Assembly: GCF_009914755.1 (NCBI RefSeq) | Contig: NC_060930.1 | Origin: the human T2T-CHM13v2.0 reference genome, Homo sapiens | Length of the DNA stretch: 64,000 bases | Direction: 5' to 3' (one strand) | Shown here: one piece after another, positions 16,943-35,241 of the stretch | Position numbering within the stretch: position 1 is the stretch's first letter | Layout: each line of letters starts with the position of its first letter | Notes under the pieces: model-generated | What the model was told of the DNA's origin: nothing | The model's database searches: none | What the model saw: the letters and a program-made list of their open reading frames with translations, nothing else | Program-made: the position numbers and the translations under genes

Positions 16943-17769
16943 CTGTAAAACAAAGTTAATAGATTCTGGTCTAATAATAGTTAACTCAGGCCTCATCCTC
17001 CTAATAAAAGTACTTTCAAACAGCAAGGTACACTGTGGATTTCAGTTCCCTAGTTTGAAAATAAAATGACCAAATTTTTTAAAAAATGTAATTTCTTCCA
17101 GGTCTCAAATTCCATGAATAGATTGCTCTAATGTCAAATTTTCCCAAGTAAGAGTCAGAATTTTTACATTTAGGTTCTCTCTTGGATTTAATGTATTTTT
17201 ATCAGTGTACAAAAAGCAAGCAGCCTAGTCCTGTTGCTTAGCATAAATTAATTTGCCCTCTTTCTTCCTTCTCCCTCTCTCTAAAATGACACTTCTTAAT
17301 TAGGACCAAAAAAGAAAATAGACCATATGAAATTTATTGTCTATGAAGACCTTTCTATATTAAGAAGCTATCAAGCTGGTTACTATAATCTCTATGCTAT
17401 GTGGACTACCTCATTTATATACACATATAACTAAAGTCCAAATTTATCAATTAATGTCCATAGCAAGAAGAATCCCCCAAATTTTAATTATGGTTTTACT
17501 TGAACTTAGTTGTCAATAATGATTATGTTTTCAGCAGCTCTCAGTAAATGACAAGGTTTATATTAACTATTTCTACATCTCTTGTGTATGTTTTAGGAAA
17601 GATCCAATCTCACAGAAAAGTTTCAGAATAAAACTACATACTCCAAGAATAAAACTTAGTAAGTGACCTTTTAACATTAACTATGCCCCTAATTAGTGGA
17701 TGAATTTTGTCTTCCTAATTCAGATTATGACAGTAGGATGAGGGAAAAGTTTAATTATCTTTCCAAAAA

Positions 17770-18200
17770 ATATATATATAATTAATATATATATAATATA
17801 TATATATATATATTTTTTTTTGAGAGTCTTGTTTTGTTGCCCAGGCTGGAGTGCAGTGGTGTAATCACTGCCCACTGCAGCTTTGACTTCTCTGGGTTCA
17901 AGTGATCCTACTGCCTCAGCCTCCCAAGTACCTGGGACTATAGGCACACACCATGACACCTGGCTAATTTTTAAAAATTTTTTTGTAGAGATGGGGTTTT
18001 GCCATATTGCCCAGGCTGGCCTTGAGCTTCTGAGCTCAAGCAAGCCACCTGCCTCAGCCTCCCAAAGTGCTGGAATTACAGGCATGAGCTGCCACACCTG
18101 TTTTTTGTTGTTTGTTTGTTCGTTTTGTAGAGACAGGCTCTTCCTATGTTGCCCAGGCTGGTCTCAAACTCCCAAAGTGCTGGGATTACAGGTGGTGCCT
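17770..18200 (-). mobile_element. AluJ-like (17813-18098) next to a (TA)n tract, plus an internally deleted Alu monomer (~18100-18200)
   Basis: Alu consensus with J-type positions. Confidence 0.85.
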
Positions 18201-20665
18201 GGTCCTTCCTATCTTTTAATTGGAAAAGATCACTATGATATATTAAGTGAAAAAAGACAAAGTACAAGTTATATATATGGTATATGCCACCTTTTGAATA
18301 AGGAAAAAAAGAGCATAAAGGAAGAAAGACAAGAACACGGGATATAAACAATGGCAAAGTCAAAACACAAGAGAGGCAAAGGGATCTCCCAGGAGCATGG
18401 TTAGGAGGAATTCCAGAGTGACACCTGTACATCAGATATGAGAGGTAAAGAACCCAGATTGGAGCAATGAGACTTATGAATCAGAAATATTGTCAACACC
18501 AACATCCCCTTCTGCCATTATAACATGCTTTTAATCTAAGAACACAATATTATATGGAGAAGGAGGTGATCACATTCTTATTCTCGCTCCATGCCCTGCT
18601 GCCTGGATAAGCAGAAGACACTCATGACCCCCAGAATTGTTCTGCTGTGTATGATTTATGTTTCTTCTGTGTATGATATATGTTTTTTAACACATCCTCC
18701 TCCAACAATTGTGAAACCGAGTTTCACTTATTACTAACTGGCCTGTGATTAACACATTATATTTCCTATAACTGTTCACTGTCCTCAAGCATATTTTGAA
18801 AATTAATACAAGATTCAAAACACTTAAATATTTTACAAAGTAGGGGATAAAAGCAAACATAAAGCAATTCATACCGTGTGACACAAGTCCTGAAATACAC
18901 TTATATACTATAAAGAAATCAAACAATAAAATGTCTCCCAGAAGCTATTAAATACTGAAATAATCTCCAATTCAGACTCAATAAATTTGAAAGTTGATAT
19001 AATTCAGACATTGTCTAAGCTAAAGTTGGCTTTTACACCTTGAAAAAAGAATTTATTGAACTAAAGTAAGCAAATTGGAATTGTGTAAATTCCATGCAGG
19101 AGAAGTATTTAATGAACTTAAATGAAAAATTCCAATAAATACCAATGTTCACTCGCAAATATTTCAGATAATCATAACATTTCAAACAACTCAAGAGAAA
19201 TACTTCTAACTCAACTCAGTCTGTAAATTTATCCTACAATTTAAACATTTTACTAATTCAGACATGATTTTTGATATGATTTAATGAAACTTTGCTATAT
19301 ATCCTGAAATGTCATATCACTCAAAAGAAGCTAAGAAGTTACCAATTCAAGCAGCAGGAAAAAAGCTAAAAAGCTGTGATTACACTCTAAAAAGAGTAAA
19401 ATGAAATTGTTTACATTATTAACTTTTAAATATTAGACTTTTGCTTTTTAATTTTGATCCTAACCGTGAATTTATATTCTCTACTCCAAACTGTTTAAAA
19501 GTCAATTAATAGGTAATTCATCAAGTTGAGGAAAATAAATGAGTTTACGTCCATATACAATTCCTCATTGTTAAGAGTTGTGCTTTGAACAATTTAGGTT
19601 AAAAGAAAGATACATACTTTGGTCAGGGAGCTGTTAATAACTGTAGCACTTAATCAATTAGCAGTATCAAGGTTCAACTATTTCAGATCTCCACCTTATA
19701 CTTTAAAAACAAGAATGAAAATAATGTACAGTTTTAGCTGAGATATTCTGTCTTTAAAATAATTCTAACCAAAAATATATTACAGTAATAAATCTTGAAG
19801 ATAATAAAAATATAGTATCATTAATTTAGTGACTGTGCAAATTAAAAGGAAAAAACAAAGAAGCATAAATGTATAAATTAAAAAGACTGCCTTATAAAAG
19901 AACTACTTCTAGGAAATTTGATTTTGTACATGAAAAATTTACAATTTCTGCACAAATGATCCTTTAAGTACTATATTCAGCAAGAGTATATTCCTCAATG
20001 TTGTAGTTCAGAAAAGACTTTAATGAAACCATATGAAAGGAGGTCAGTAGTTTTTCATCATTACTAAAAGATTCTGGTGGCAGACATAACACTGTAGCCT
20101 TCCTTCAATCAAGAAACACATGGCAGTGACACCCTACAACAACAGCATGATTAACAGCTGTGGAGTTCCCAGGCCAGACAATGCAGCTCCTGCCCTGATA
20201 CTGTAGCTGACCGTCAGGACTGTCCTCGCTTATGAAATTGAATAGATCCACAGACTTGACATTTTAATTTTACTGCACCATTTAAAGCCTTCAAATAGTG
20301 CAAGAAAGATAAGAGCTTTCAAAACCAATGTGTCCTGCTGGGCTGCCTAAGATACTGTGCATCCCAATGCACCATTACGACTAAACAATAATTTAATTAT
20401 AACAAAGACTGCTATCAAATTATAGAGGTAAAACAGAAAAAAGTGACAGGGATATATTTTACTTTTTTTATAATATCAACAGAAAAAAAACCCCAAGACA
20501 TAATTTTAATCCATTCACATGACTTTTAACTTCACTTACTAATTTTTTTTTTTTTTTTGAGAACGTGTCTCACTCCCTCACCCAGTCTAGAGTGCAGTGC
20601 CGCGATCACAGCTCACTGCAACCTCCACCTCGAGTTCAAGCAACTCTCCTGCCTCAGTCTCCTGA

Positions 20666-20863
<198 letters not shown>

Positions 20864-21932
20864 TAATGATACATGACCACCACATAGTAAACGTATTCCT
20901 GCAAATCATGGGGAAAAAAATAATTCTAGCAATTGATAAATCTGAATTAATCTTAAAGTAACTCATATCATCTGTAGGCCCATTTATTGTTCACAATACA
21001 AAAAGCAACCTGTTCCCACCGTGCCAACATGCATCTACCCCTCAACAAGAAGAGCAATATACCATAATTATTGAATCCAATTTAATACTTTTACAAATAG
21101 TAAAATAATTGTGGTTACATTTTAAATAGCAGACTTAAAATCATTATTTCTACTGACTACAGATGTCCAAGCATTTAAACTTCAATCAGCAGTATTTTAT
21201 AGAATTAGAAAGATCATTAGTTTGGGAGTCAGAAAGACTTGAGTTTGAAGCTCAACTCTAAGTATCAGTTCCTAGCTCTAAGAAAATGTGATCAAATACT
21301 AGCTAGGGGACTACGCTAATATCCTCAATGGTTAACTAATTATAAATCTCTTTTTTTTTTTCTTTTTTAGACACAATGTAGGTAAAACAACACAGTATTA
21401 TCCTGTCGGTTTATTAGTTTATTCAAATACAACATATTCAAAATAATTGCAAATCACAAAGAAACTAGCTAGTATAACATATAAGAATAATTATTTTGAT
21501 TTCTTCCCAATTCAAATTCTCAAAAAAAAGTTGCGTTTAAGGTTAAGCACATACAACTCATTCAAAAAACATTCACAGGGAGCCCGGAGTGGCAGCTCAT
21601 GCCTGTGATCCCAGCACTTTGGGAGGCCGAGGCAGGCAGATTACTTGAGGTCCGGAGTTCGAAACAAGCCTGGCCAAAGTGGTAAAACCCTGTCTCTACT
21701 AAAAATACAAAAAAAAAAAATTAGCCAGGCTTGGTGATATGTGTCTGTAATCCCAGCTATTCAGGAGGCTGAGGCAGGAGAATCACTTGAACCCAGGAGG
21801 TTGGAGGTTGCAGTGAGCCGAGATCACAACACTGCACTGCAGCCTAAGCAACAGAGCAAGACACTGTCTAAATAAATAAGCAAGCCTAGTCAACATGGTG
21901 AAACCCCATTTCTACTAAAAGTACAAAAATTA

Positions 21933-22148
<216 letters not shown>

Positions 22149-22469
22149 TCACAGAACATCTACTATGTGCAAGGCACACAGGACAGAGACAATACATAGT
22201 ACCATTCCTCAAAGAGATCACAATCTAAGAAAGCTGACAGATAGGGACATAAATCTAAATAGAAAGTGGTAGGGTTTATGATCAAATACGTAAAAGTAGA
22301 GAGGTGGCAGAAAAGGAATGACACCTCTAAAAGCTGAATTCAATTAGCTTAATAAGAAAGTCAATAAACAGACAATTAAAAATAGGATTGTGATACATGA
22401 TGTTTTATAGCAGGAGAGAGTAATTAACTCAATCCTTACTTTTAAAGGAAACTTTAAAGAAAATATTAG

Positions 22470-22883
<414 letters not shown>

Positions 22884-24482
22884 TTATCACAAGCACATAT
22901 GCACTTCACTGAACACTTGGCTGCTTTTATTACATATTACCATATAGATTAAGAAGTATATTTGCCTTGAATGGAAAACAGGTTTTCACCTATTACTCCA
23001 ATTATGACTGACAAGGGCTGCCCACAATGGTGTGCTCAGAAAATAATTCTGAGGCTGAACCCAAACTCACCTGGACTGTTAGGAACGATCAGCAATGTCT
23101 TCTATGAGTAAGAGGGAGGAAAATGGAGAATGTGTGCTGTGTATCTGATATCCTTAATATCTTGCATTTTCTCTGATAAACTGATCCTATGTGCACAGGA
23201 AACCCCTCCCAGAAGAAGTTGAATTTAACTAATTTAACGTTAAAGTCAATAAAGAGCCTATCAGTTAGGGGATAGGCCTACAATCAACACTGGGGAATCT
23301 ATCCAGTCCACAGGCTATTCCTTTTCTGAGAAATGCTCTCTCATCTAAGAGGCTGGGACTCCTCTCTCCTAGCCACAAACAACTGATCCATGAGTGGAAT
23401 TTAATCCAACATGGAATAATGAAGTTTCTGTCTACTGGGAATTTAAAAATTGAGAATCATGAATAGCCAGTATAGTTTTTACATACATGGAACTATGACA
23501 TACAAATACTGCTTGGTCTGCATGGAGAAAAATGAAGAAAATTTACAGAGCCAGAGAAACTAGGATAATAAGAAGAATGCTTTCTGGATTCCTGACAGCT
23601 TTCCTGTTCCTATATCCCCCTATCGCCCAGGAATAATATCTCCCTGCATCTTAAGATTCCTTTTTTTTTTTTTTTTTTACAGCGTTTCACTCCGTCACCC
23701 AGGCTGGAGTGCAGTGGCACGATCTCGGCTCACTGCAACCTCCACCCTTGGGGTTCAAGTATTCTCCTGCCTCAGCCTCCCAAGTAGCTAGGATTACAGG
23801 CACACGCTACCACACCTGGCTAATTTTTGTATTTTTAGTAGAGACAGGGTTTCAGCATGTTTCCCAGGCTGATCTTGAACTCCTGACCTCAGGTGATCCA
23901 CCTGCCTCAGCCTTCCAAAGTGTTGGGATTACAGGCATGAGCCACCATGCCTGGCCCCAATTCCTTTTTACTTAAGCTAGTTTAAATTATTTTATTTACA
24001 GCCAAAGGACATTAACTAAAAAGGACAATAGGGCTGTAAAAGGATAAAGGTAAATATCTTACAGAAGAAAGAAAAAATATCTAGAATATTTACTCTAAAA
24101 AATTAAATTATTTCTCAACTGTACTTTTAAATTGTAATAGAAATTACTTACTTAGTTGTTTTTTGTTTGTTTGTTTTTTGAGACAGAGTCTCACTCTGTC
24201 ACCCAGGCTGGAGTAGTGCAGTAGCGGGATCTCCGCTCACTGCAACCTCTGCTTCCTGGGTTCAAGCAATTCTCATGTCTCAGCCTGCCAAGTAGCTGGA
24301 ATTACAGGTATGCACCACCATGCGCGGCTAATTTTTATTAGAGACGAGGTTTCACTATGTTGGCTAGGCTGGTCTGAAACTCCTGACCTCAGATGATCCA
24401 CCCCGCCTTGGCCCCCCAATAATCCCTTAGTTTTGTATCCTCTTCTTGAAGAGAATACATGATATACATAAAGAAACCTGAC

Positions 24483-24570
24483 CTTTGTTTCTTCTGTCCT
24501 CACTGCATCCAGAAGATAATGAAGAAGCTCCTGACTGTCCTGTTGCTGGAAATCTTTAAATCGAGGTGCC
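24483..24570 (-). CDS. USP45: USP45 exon 9 (88 nt): (K)APRFKDFQQQDSQELLHYLLDAVRTEETK
   Basis: taaatcacag|G acceptor, AAG|gtcagg donor; USP F..QQD(A/S)xE box. Confidence 0.98.
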
Positions 24571-25663
24571 CTGTGATTTAAAAACAAAAGAGGAAAGAAA
24601 AAAAGAATAATCATTCCATGGTTCATCAACACTCTTCTCTAAATGCACTTGAAATAGCATATTATTAGCTGGGTGCGGCAGCCTACGCCTGTAATCCCAG
24701 CATTTGGGAGGCCAAGGGGCAGATCACTTGAGCTCAGGAGTTCGAGACCAGCCTGGGCAACAAGGCAAAACCCCGTTCTCTACCAAAACACACACCCACA
24801 CACACAAAATGGCATAAAGACACAGTTTACTACTTTTCCAACTAAATAGATGAAATGTGATTACTGGTCCAATTAGGGTGTGATCTTAAGTGTGCACTGA
24901 GAATATGGCTATCATTTATTAAGCAACTACTATATGTTAAGCACAATACTAGTAGTTTTTCACATGTTCAGGCATAATCCTCCAACAACTTTGTTGGGAT
25001 GTACTGTTTTCTCCAACTTACACATGAGGACTCAGCAGTATTGTTTAAATCATTTGCAAGGTCATACAGCTAGCAAATAAACCAGTATTCAAACCCAAGC
25101 CACTGTGATTTATTATCTTCCTACCTTAACCAAAAGGAAAGCAAGAGAGTGTTTCTATTTCATATAAAGGACTATAAGTTGATCTCCCTGTGAATATGTT
25201 TTTTAAGGACTTGATAATTAAATTTCCTCTGTATTAACTTAATAGAAAGATCAGGTACTATTCATGGAGACACTGACATAGGAAATATTTGGTTGATTTC
25301 AGTAACTTTAAAAAGTAACCTACAGTAAACTCTATGCTAAAATGAACATTTTGCCTTAAGTGCAGACAAGTATTAAATCTAGAAAGTGTTCAGACCTAAG
25401 ATGAAGAAATAATTCTGTCAAAATACAAAATAATTAGAATATATTATAGTAGAAGACACATTTACAACTATTTATGATATTTACAACATATCTCATGTGA
25501 TATACAAAACAGCACTGTTCAGGAATTTATAATTAATATAAGTTCTACTTTATGCTTGAGAAAATCGAAGAACAAGCTAAGTGCCACTAACATAACTACA
25601 GGTCTTTTGACAGAGTGCAGTACTTAATTATTTTTAATTATTATCTCATTTTTATTTTTGTGA

Positions 25664-25889
<226 letters not shown>

Positions 25890-26897
25890 TGATCCACCCA
25901 CCTCAGTCTCTCAAAGTGCTGGAATTACAGGCATGAGCCATCACGCCCGGCCAAGTGCAGTACTTTCAGCATTATTCTTCATTATCTCAGGATAAATATT
26001 AATCCTAATAATACAAAGAAAGTGAGTCCCTGACTGCTAAAACATTAACCGGTCATCAATCCAGCCTGTAAGAGGAAACACCACTCCAGACATTCTTGCT
26101 AACTAGCAGCACATAGCAACATGCTGACAATACTTTATTACCTTGATGGGCTTCCCTACCTGCACTTGGTGGACAGAACCCACCTCCTAGATTAGAGATG
26201 AGGACAGAAACCAAGATGGACACATATTCTAATCCTATTTGGACCTCCACAGCTGGCATCAGGAGAGGCAGAAACTGCAGAACCCTATACTTATGCTGTA
26301 TACTCCAAGGAAGGCCAGTGAAGTAGCAGATGACTAGAGGAGGGAACAGGAGAATCCCTCAGAGATCTTCACTAGCCAAGTGGTAGGTAGGAGGAGGGGG
26401 CAGTTTATGGCTTTCAAAGCAGACACACAAGGAGGAAATCATTCCTGAACAAAGAGAAACTGCCTCCACCATGTCTCTGCCTATAGCTCCTTCTCAACCA
26501 ATGCAAAAACTATTTACTGCCTTCTAAACCACTGAAGAAAATTTAATAAACTTAGATTTGTTTTTTTTTTTTTTTTTTTTTTTTTAACCTAGGAATGGGC
26601 AAAAAAAAATCATAGGATGATTTCTAGACTCTACGATGGAGCCTATCTGAGCTACCCATATCAAGAGAGACTTTCAAACCTATTAAAGGATTAAAAGATA
26701 AAAATCACCAAACATATGAAAATATTCAGCCTATTCAAAATAAGGGGAACCCTAAGGATTCCCAGGAAATGTACTTTAGTAAAAGTATTGCCATGAGAAA
26801 GAGGAGAGGACTTTTAAAAACCTCAAGGCATGAGAGAAAAATATATGTACAAGCATAAATTAGGAGACTGTCAAGAAAAAGAAATTTAATCCACTTC

Positions 26898-29200
26898 TAT
26901 GTTCATCACAGTGCTATTCACAATAGCAAAGACATGGAATCAACCTAGGTGCCCATATATGGTGGATTGGATAAAGAAAATGTGGTCCATATACACCATG
27001 GAATACTACACAGCCATAAAAAAGAACAAAATCATATCCTTTGCAGCAAGCAACATGGAAGCAGCTGAAAGCCATCACCCTAAGTGAACTAATGCAGAAG
27101 CAGAAAACCAAATAAAACAAACAAAAACCACAAAGTTGAAGACCTTGCTCCCAAATAAGGCTCATCACAAGTGGTCAAAGTGTGTGATAATCACCACTAT
27201 AACAGAAACTTCAAGAGACTGGTTCATGTACACACAATATGAATAAACCACAAATTATGCCAAGTGAAGGAAGTCAGATAAAAAAAGAGTACACCCTGTA
27301 TGATTCCATTTCTATAGAATTCCCCAAAATGCAAACTAATCTATTGCAACAAAAAAAAAAAAAACAGGTAAGGGGTATACCACCCAGGGATGGAGTTTAG
27401 GGGAGAGGTTCTAGAGAAAGGGATTATAAAGGGGCCCAACAAAACTTTGGGGGGTGATGGATACATTCATTACATTGAATGAATGTATGTATATATACAT
27501 ATATACACACACACACACACACACATACACAAAGTGTATAGATATGTCAAAACTTATCCTATATTTTATTTTTTAGAGAGACAGGGGTGACAGGAGTGCA
27601 ATGACATTAACAGCTCACTGAACACTCAAAACTCCTAGGCTCAAGTGATCCTCCTACCTCAGCCTCTAGAGTAGCTGGGACTACAGGTGTGCACCATCAC
27701 ACCTCTGGCTAATTTTTTTTTCATAGAGTCTCCCTATGTTGTCCTGGCTAGTCTCAAACTCCTGGCCTCAGGCAGTTCTCCCACCTTGGCTCCCAAACTG
27801 CTGGGATTACAGGCATGAGCCACTGTGTCTGGCCCCAGTAGTACACTTTAAATATGTACAATTTATTTTATGTCACATATACCTTACTAAAGCTAGCCAG
27901 AATATCCACCAATACAATTTACTATTCCAACAGACAAAAAAAAAAAAAAAAAAAAAAGATTATTTGGATACAGAAAAAGCATTTTTAAAAAATCCATTTC
28001 TTAATAAGAACTCTCAGAAAAAAGAAAAACTAAGAATAATTGGGAATTTCCTCAACCTGATAAAAGGCATGTATGAAAACTCTATAGTTATTATCACACT
28101 TACGTGTGAAAGACTGCATGCTCTCCCTTTAATATCAGGAATAAGGCAAGATGCCTATTTCACCATTCTAACATTGTATTGGTGGTCCTTTTTCATTTTT
28201 TTTCCAAGAAGAGTCCTATTGCAATATGTATTGGTTGTCCCTGACAGTGATATAAAATGAGAAAAAGATATAAAATGATACAGATTGGAAAGAAAGAAAA
28301 CAATCTTCATTTGCCAATGACATTGTCTACATAGGAAATACCAACGAATCAACATAAAGCTAAGAGAACTAGTAAAGCAAGTTGGGTAGGGTAGCAAGAA
28401 ACAAGGTCAACATACAAAAATCAACTGTATTTCTGTATATTAACAATGAACAATTGGAAATTGAATTCTTTAAAAAGAGTACCATTTACAATAAATAGCA
28501 TAAAAACATGAAATTCTTAAGATAAATCTAACAAAATATGTGTGGGATTTGTATGCTGAAAACTATACACCCTTGATGAGAAAAATCAAAGACCTAGAAA
28601 ACTGGTAAGATATCATACATGAAAAGATTCAACATTGTTAAGATGTTGATTCTCCCCAAATTGATCTACACATTCAAAACAATCCCAACTGACAATCTGA
28701 TTCTATAATTTACATAAAAAAGCAAAGGACCGGCCAGGCGCGGTGGCTCACGCCTGTAACCCTGGCACTTTGGGAGGCCAAGGTGGGCAGATCACCTGAG
28801 GTTGGGAGTTCAAGACCAGCCTGACCAACATGGAGAAACCCCATCTCTAGTAAAAATACAAAATTAGCCGGGTGTGGTAGCGGGCGCCTGTAATCCCAGG
28901 CTGAGGCAGGAGAATTGCTTGAACCCAGGAGGTGGAGGCTGTGGTAAGCCAAAATCATACCATTGCACTCCAGCCTGGGCAACAAGAGCGAAACTCCGTC
29001 TCAAAAAAAAAAAAGAGGACCTAGAATAGTTTGAAAAGGATGACCAAAATTTGAGAACTTATGCTACTCAATTGCAAGACTTACTATGAAGCTACAGTAA
29101 TCAAGACAGTGTAGGCTTTGGGGTAAAGACAAGACATGTAGATCAATGAAACAGAATATAGTTCAGAAATAAACCCAAACACATGTGGCTTAAATCTTTA
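26898..29200 (+). mobile_element. L1 fragments (ORF2 end 26898-27110; older L1M pieces to ~29200) with Alus at 27565-27834(-) and 28732-29014(+)
   Basis: [28 protein letters not shown]; degenerate ORF2 RT-region sequence. Confidence 0.8.
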
Positions 29201-29839
29201 CTTGATTTTAAAAAAATATATTTGTCTAATGTATACTTCTTTTAAAAGTAAACGCCATAAAACAAACAAAAAAAAGGCAATTTAAAACTTTTCAGCCAAG
29301 CATGGATGATGCTCATGCCTGTAATCCCAGCTACTTGGGAGGTTGAGCAGGGAGGCATGCTTGAGCCCAGGAATTCGACTATGATTGGGCCACTGCACTT
29401 GAGCCTGGGCACAGAGCGAGACCCTGTCTCCTAAAAAATACAAAAAATACATAAAACTCTTCAAATAATGTTTGATCTAGTTATTCTAAGAATTTATCCT
29501 ACAGATGTACTTCCGCAAGTACAGTGTATTCATACAAAACTGAGTAAGTTATACACACATGTGCTAACATGGAAAGATGTATAAAATATATCAAGCAAGT
29601 TGCAAAAAATTTGCATATGTCTGTGTATGTATGATCACTTTTGGAAAGAATCAGATAATAGTTACTTCTGAGGAGTAAAGATAGAGAGGAGTTTGAATTT
29701 TTATCTATGAGTGCCCATTATTTTAATAGTAATTTTTAAAATGTTAATAAACCTTTATAACCAGGAAGAAAACTATACAAAACAAGTTATTTCTGGCAAA
29801 GTCAGAAACAAATTTCTAAAGCATACAATGACCTAGTAA

Positions 29840-30200
29840 CTTTTTTTGTTTTAATTTCAACTTTTATTTTAGATTCAAGGGGTACATGTGCAGGTTTGTT
29901 ATCTGGGTATATTGTGTGATGCAAAGGTCCGGAGTACGAATGATCCCGTCACTCAGGTACTAAGCATAGTACCCAATAGTTAGTTTTTCAACCCTTCCTC
30001 CCTCAATCTCTCCCACCTCTAGTAATCCCCACTCTCTACTGTTGCCATCTTTATGTCCATGAGTACCCAATGTTTAGCTTCCACTTATGAGAACATGTGG
30101 TATCTGGTTTTCTGTTCCTGCATTAATTCACTTAGAATAATGGCCTCCAGCTGCATCCATGTTGTCGCAAAGAATATGATTTCATTCTTTATTATGGCTG
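29840..30200 (-). mobile_element. Short L1PA/PB 3'UTR fragment
   Basis: gtacatgtgcaggtttgtta..gagaacatgtggtat reverse 3'UTR. Confidence 0.85.
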
Positions 30201-31090
30201 TGCTAAAAACTTTTTAACTCTGTGAGACACTCATGCCTCTGAGAATTTTGCAGGTTTTTTTGGTCCTCAGGCTTTGAAGAAACATCATTTGCCAACCAAA
30301 TGAAACATACACTAAGCCCTCTATTTTGGACTATATTTAAAATATCATGGCATTCATTACTAGTTTTAATTAAAATGAGATTTTAAAGTCTATAGATATA
30401 CAAAAACGCAAGCTCATATTCAAATAATTTTCCTTCTACATATTTTAGTAATTGTGGACTGGACTAGCTTGTGAGTTCCATGAGGACAGGGTGCATTTGT
30501 GACGCAATATATGTTGTGTACCCCTGAATTGTAGCAAGTACCTCATAAAAAGCAAGCTCTCAATTTTTTATATAAATGAATACATGAATGCATTAAAGTC
30601 AAGTCAGATCCTTTATGTGTTTATTTCCAGGCACATAAGGATTTGGTTTTTAAACATACTGTAATACCTTGAGAAATTCACTTAAACTCTATTTGCCTCA
30701 CAGCTCATCTTTTAAAATAAGAAAGCTAGATTAGATGTTATCTTACGGTACTTTCTAGATTTTACAACTCTATGGTTTTCTCACTTTATGGTATTACAAC
30801 ATAGGCATCCAAGTCAGGACAGATCTCCATTTGATTCTCAGCTTTTCACTCAGACTAGGTGAGCCATTTAATTTCTGTGTCTCCATTTCCTTATATATGA
30901 GGATAAGCTGCTTCTTCTGAGGACTGAGATATAATTTTCATAAAGCATAGAGCTGTAACAAATTTTAGTTCTCTTCATAGTCAGGGCAATAAGAGCAAAG
31001 TTACAGTAAAAACGACTATTCATGTTAAATGATGAATACATTAGTATTTTGTAACTCATAATTATTTATATTAAATGTAGATGCACCCAC

Positions 31091-31221
31091 TTCTGACAAA
31101 GCTGATTAAAAAGAACTTTAGGAGAAAGTGGTCCTTTTTCAGTCTCCTTCATGCTGTGAAGAAACAGGAACAAGGCTGAGGTCAGTGGTCCAGGCCTTGA
31201 AAGTTCCACCACCAATGGGTC
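31091..31221 (-). CDS. USP45: USP45 exon 8 (131 nt): DPLVVELSRPGPLTSALFLFLHSMKETEKGPLSPKVLFNQLCQ(K)
   Basis: tttttaaag|GAC acceptor, GAA|gtgggt donor; visible within ORF 31066..31260. Confidence 0.96.
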
Positions 31222-31894
31222 CTTTAAAAACATGATCAACTCTATGTCAGAAATGTACAATTTAAAAATAACATATTAAAAATCTGTGAGTTACACTCTG
31301 CTTAAATAACACCAACTAAATTGCCTCAATTGTATTAAGAAACTTTATTATTTCATAAATAAAATATATAAAAATGGAAAACAGAATACCTGCCTTGAAA
31401 AACACAGGTATTTTCATATCCTCTGCCCTTTGCTTAATAAAACTATTAGATCAAATGATATCACCAATCTTTAGTTGCTTGTCACTGTCCTTTAATGCAC
31501 TCTCCTATAAATAAAATCACTAATCTACTTAATGTTTGTACCACTCCACGAATAATCATACATTATTTGCTAGTAAATAATGTATGATTATTTGTGTATA
31601 ATGTAGGATTATACACCTTTCTTTTCCCCAAATATTTTACTAGTAAAGTAATAATGTGGAATCATGTAACAAAATCAGCATAACATCTCCCTCTTTTAAA
31701 GGGGAGAGACATAAAGCTTGACAAAAGCAGCTAACATTGGGTGAAGGATTAACCCATTTAATTCTAGAATTTTTTTCCCCTCGAAATCTGGTTTCTAAAG
31801 TACTATCCCCACCAATAACACTTTCTCCTAAAGGACAAGGAATAGAAAGCAGATCCCAAATATAAACTTGGGACATTAAAGAATGTTATCTTCC

Positions 31895-32203
<309 letters not shown>

Positions 32204-32342
32204 GAATGTTATCTTCCAAGATAACTATTGAATATATTGTCCTATTCCTATATTCATGAAATAACTGTTACATATGTATTTTATAACAACTATCCTTAAA
32301 AATCCACTATAATCACAGAAAGGACAGGCTATAATTTTCCAT

Positions 32343-34540
<2,198 letters not shown>

Positions 34541-35241
34541 CTGGTGATTCAAAGGGCAGTAACCAACTCAAAGAATAGTGCCACAGCTCAGGTCAACTTT
34601 ATGCCCTAAAAACCTAAGATATAAGATTCAAAATTACCCTGTTAGAATGATACAAACCTAAAGTTATTAACTACAGTATCTAATTGCCATATAGTAATCC
34701 TGAAACACAGCTCTGCATGTCAAATATTTAAACTCAACATCCAATCGCATTTAACAGGAAATCACATTTAACAGGTCTTTTTAAATGACTAGGCAATAAC
34801 TTCCCTTTAGTAGTTTTAAGGATCTCACTACACTTTATTTAGAATAGGGCATTGGAATCTATCATTAAATTTTTAAGGGGCTGAACAAATGTTTACAGGC
34901 TGCTTTTCGACTATATATACATATATATATGGTAAACATTTACATGTAAATATATATATAAAAAGGAGGTTATTATATATATAACAGTATGTTATATATA
35001 TAATAATACTGTCTTTCAAAGATATATATATAAAACAATACTGTCTTTCAAAAGTGCCTACTGGGAAAAACAATCTAAGATTACTAAGCATGTTTAGAGG
35101 GCTAAGCATTTTTAGAACTCTTTAATTGTTTTCAAAAGTCAGATCATGAGCTATACATATACTCTGACTTACACACTTACACACACACACAAACACACAC
35201 ACACAGGCTGATCAATTTCTCACTAAAATTATCCTTACTAG

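Noticed and set aside
27736-28260. 174-aa ORF
   Set aside because: Chimera of Alu, poly(A) and degenerate L1 ORF2.
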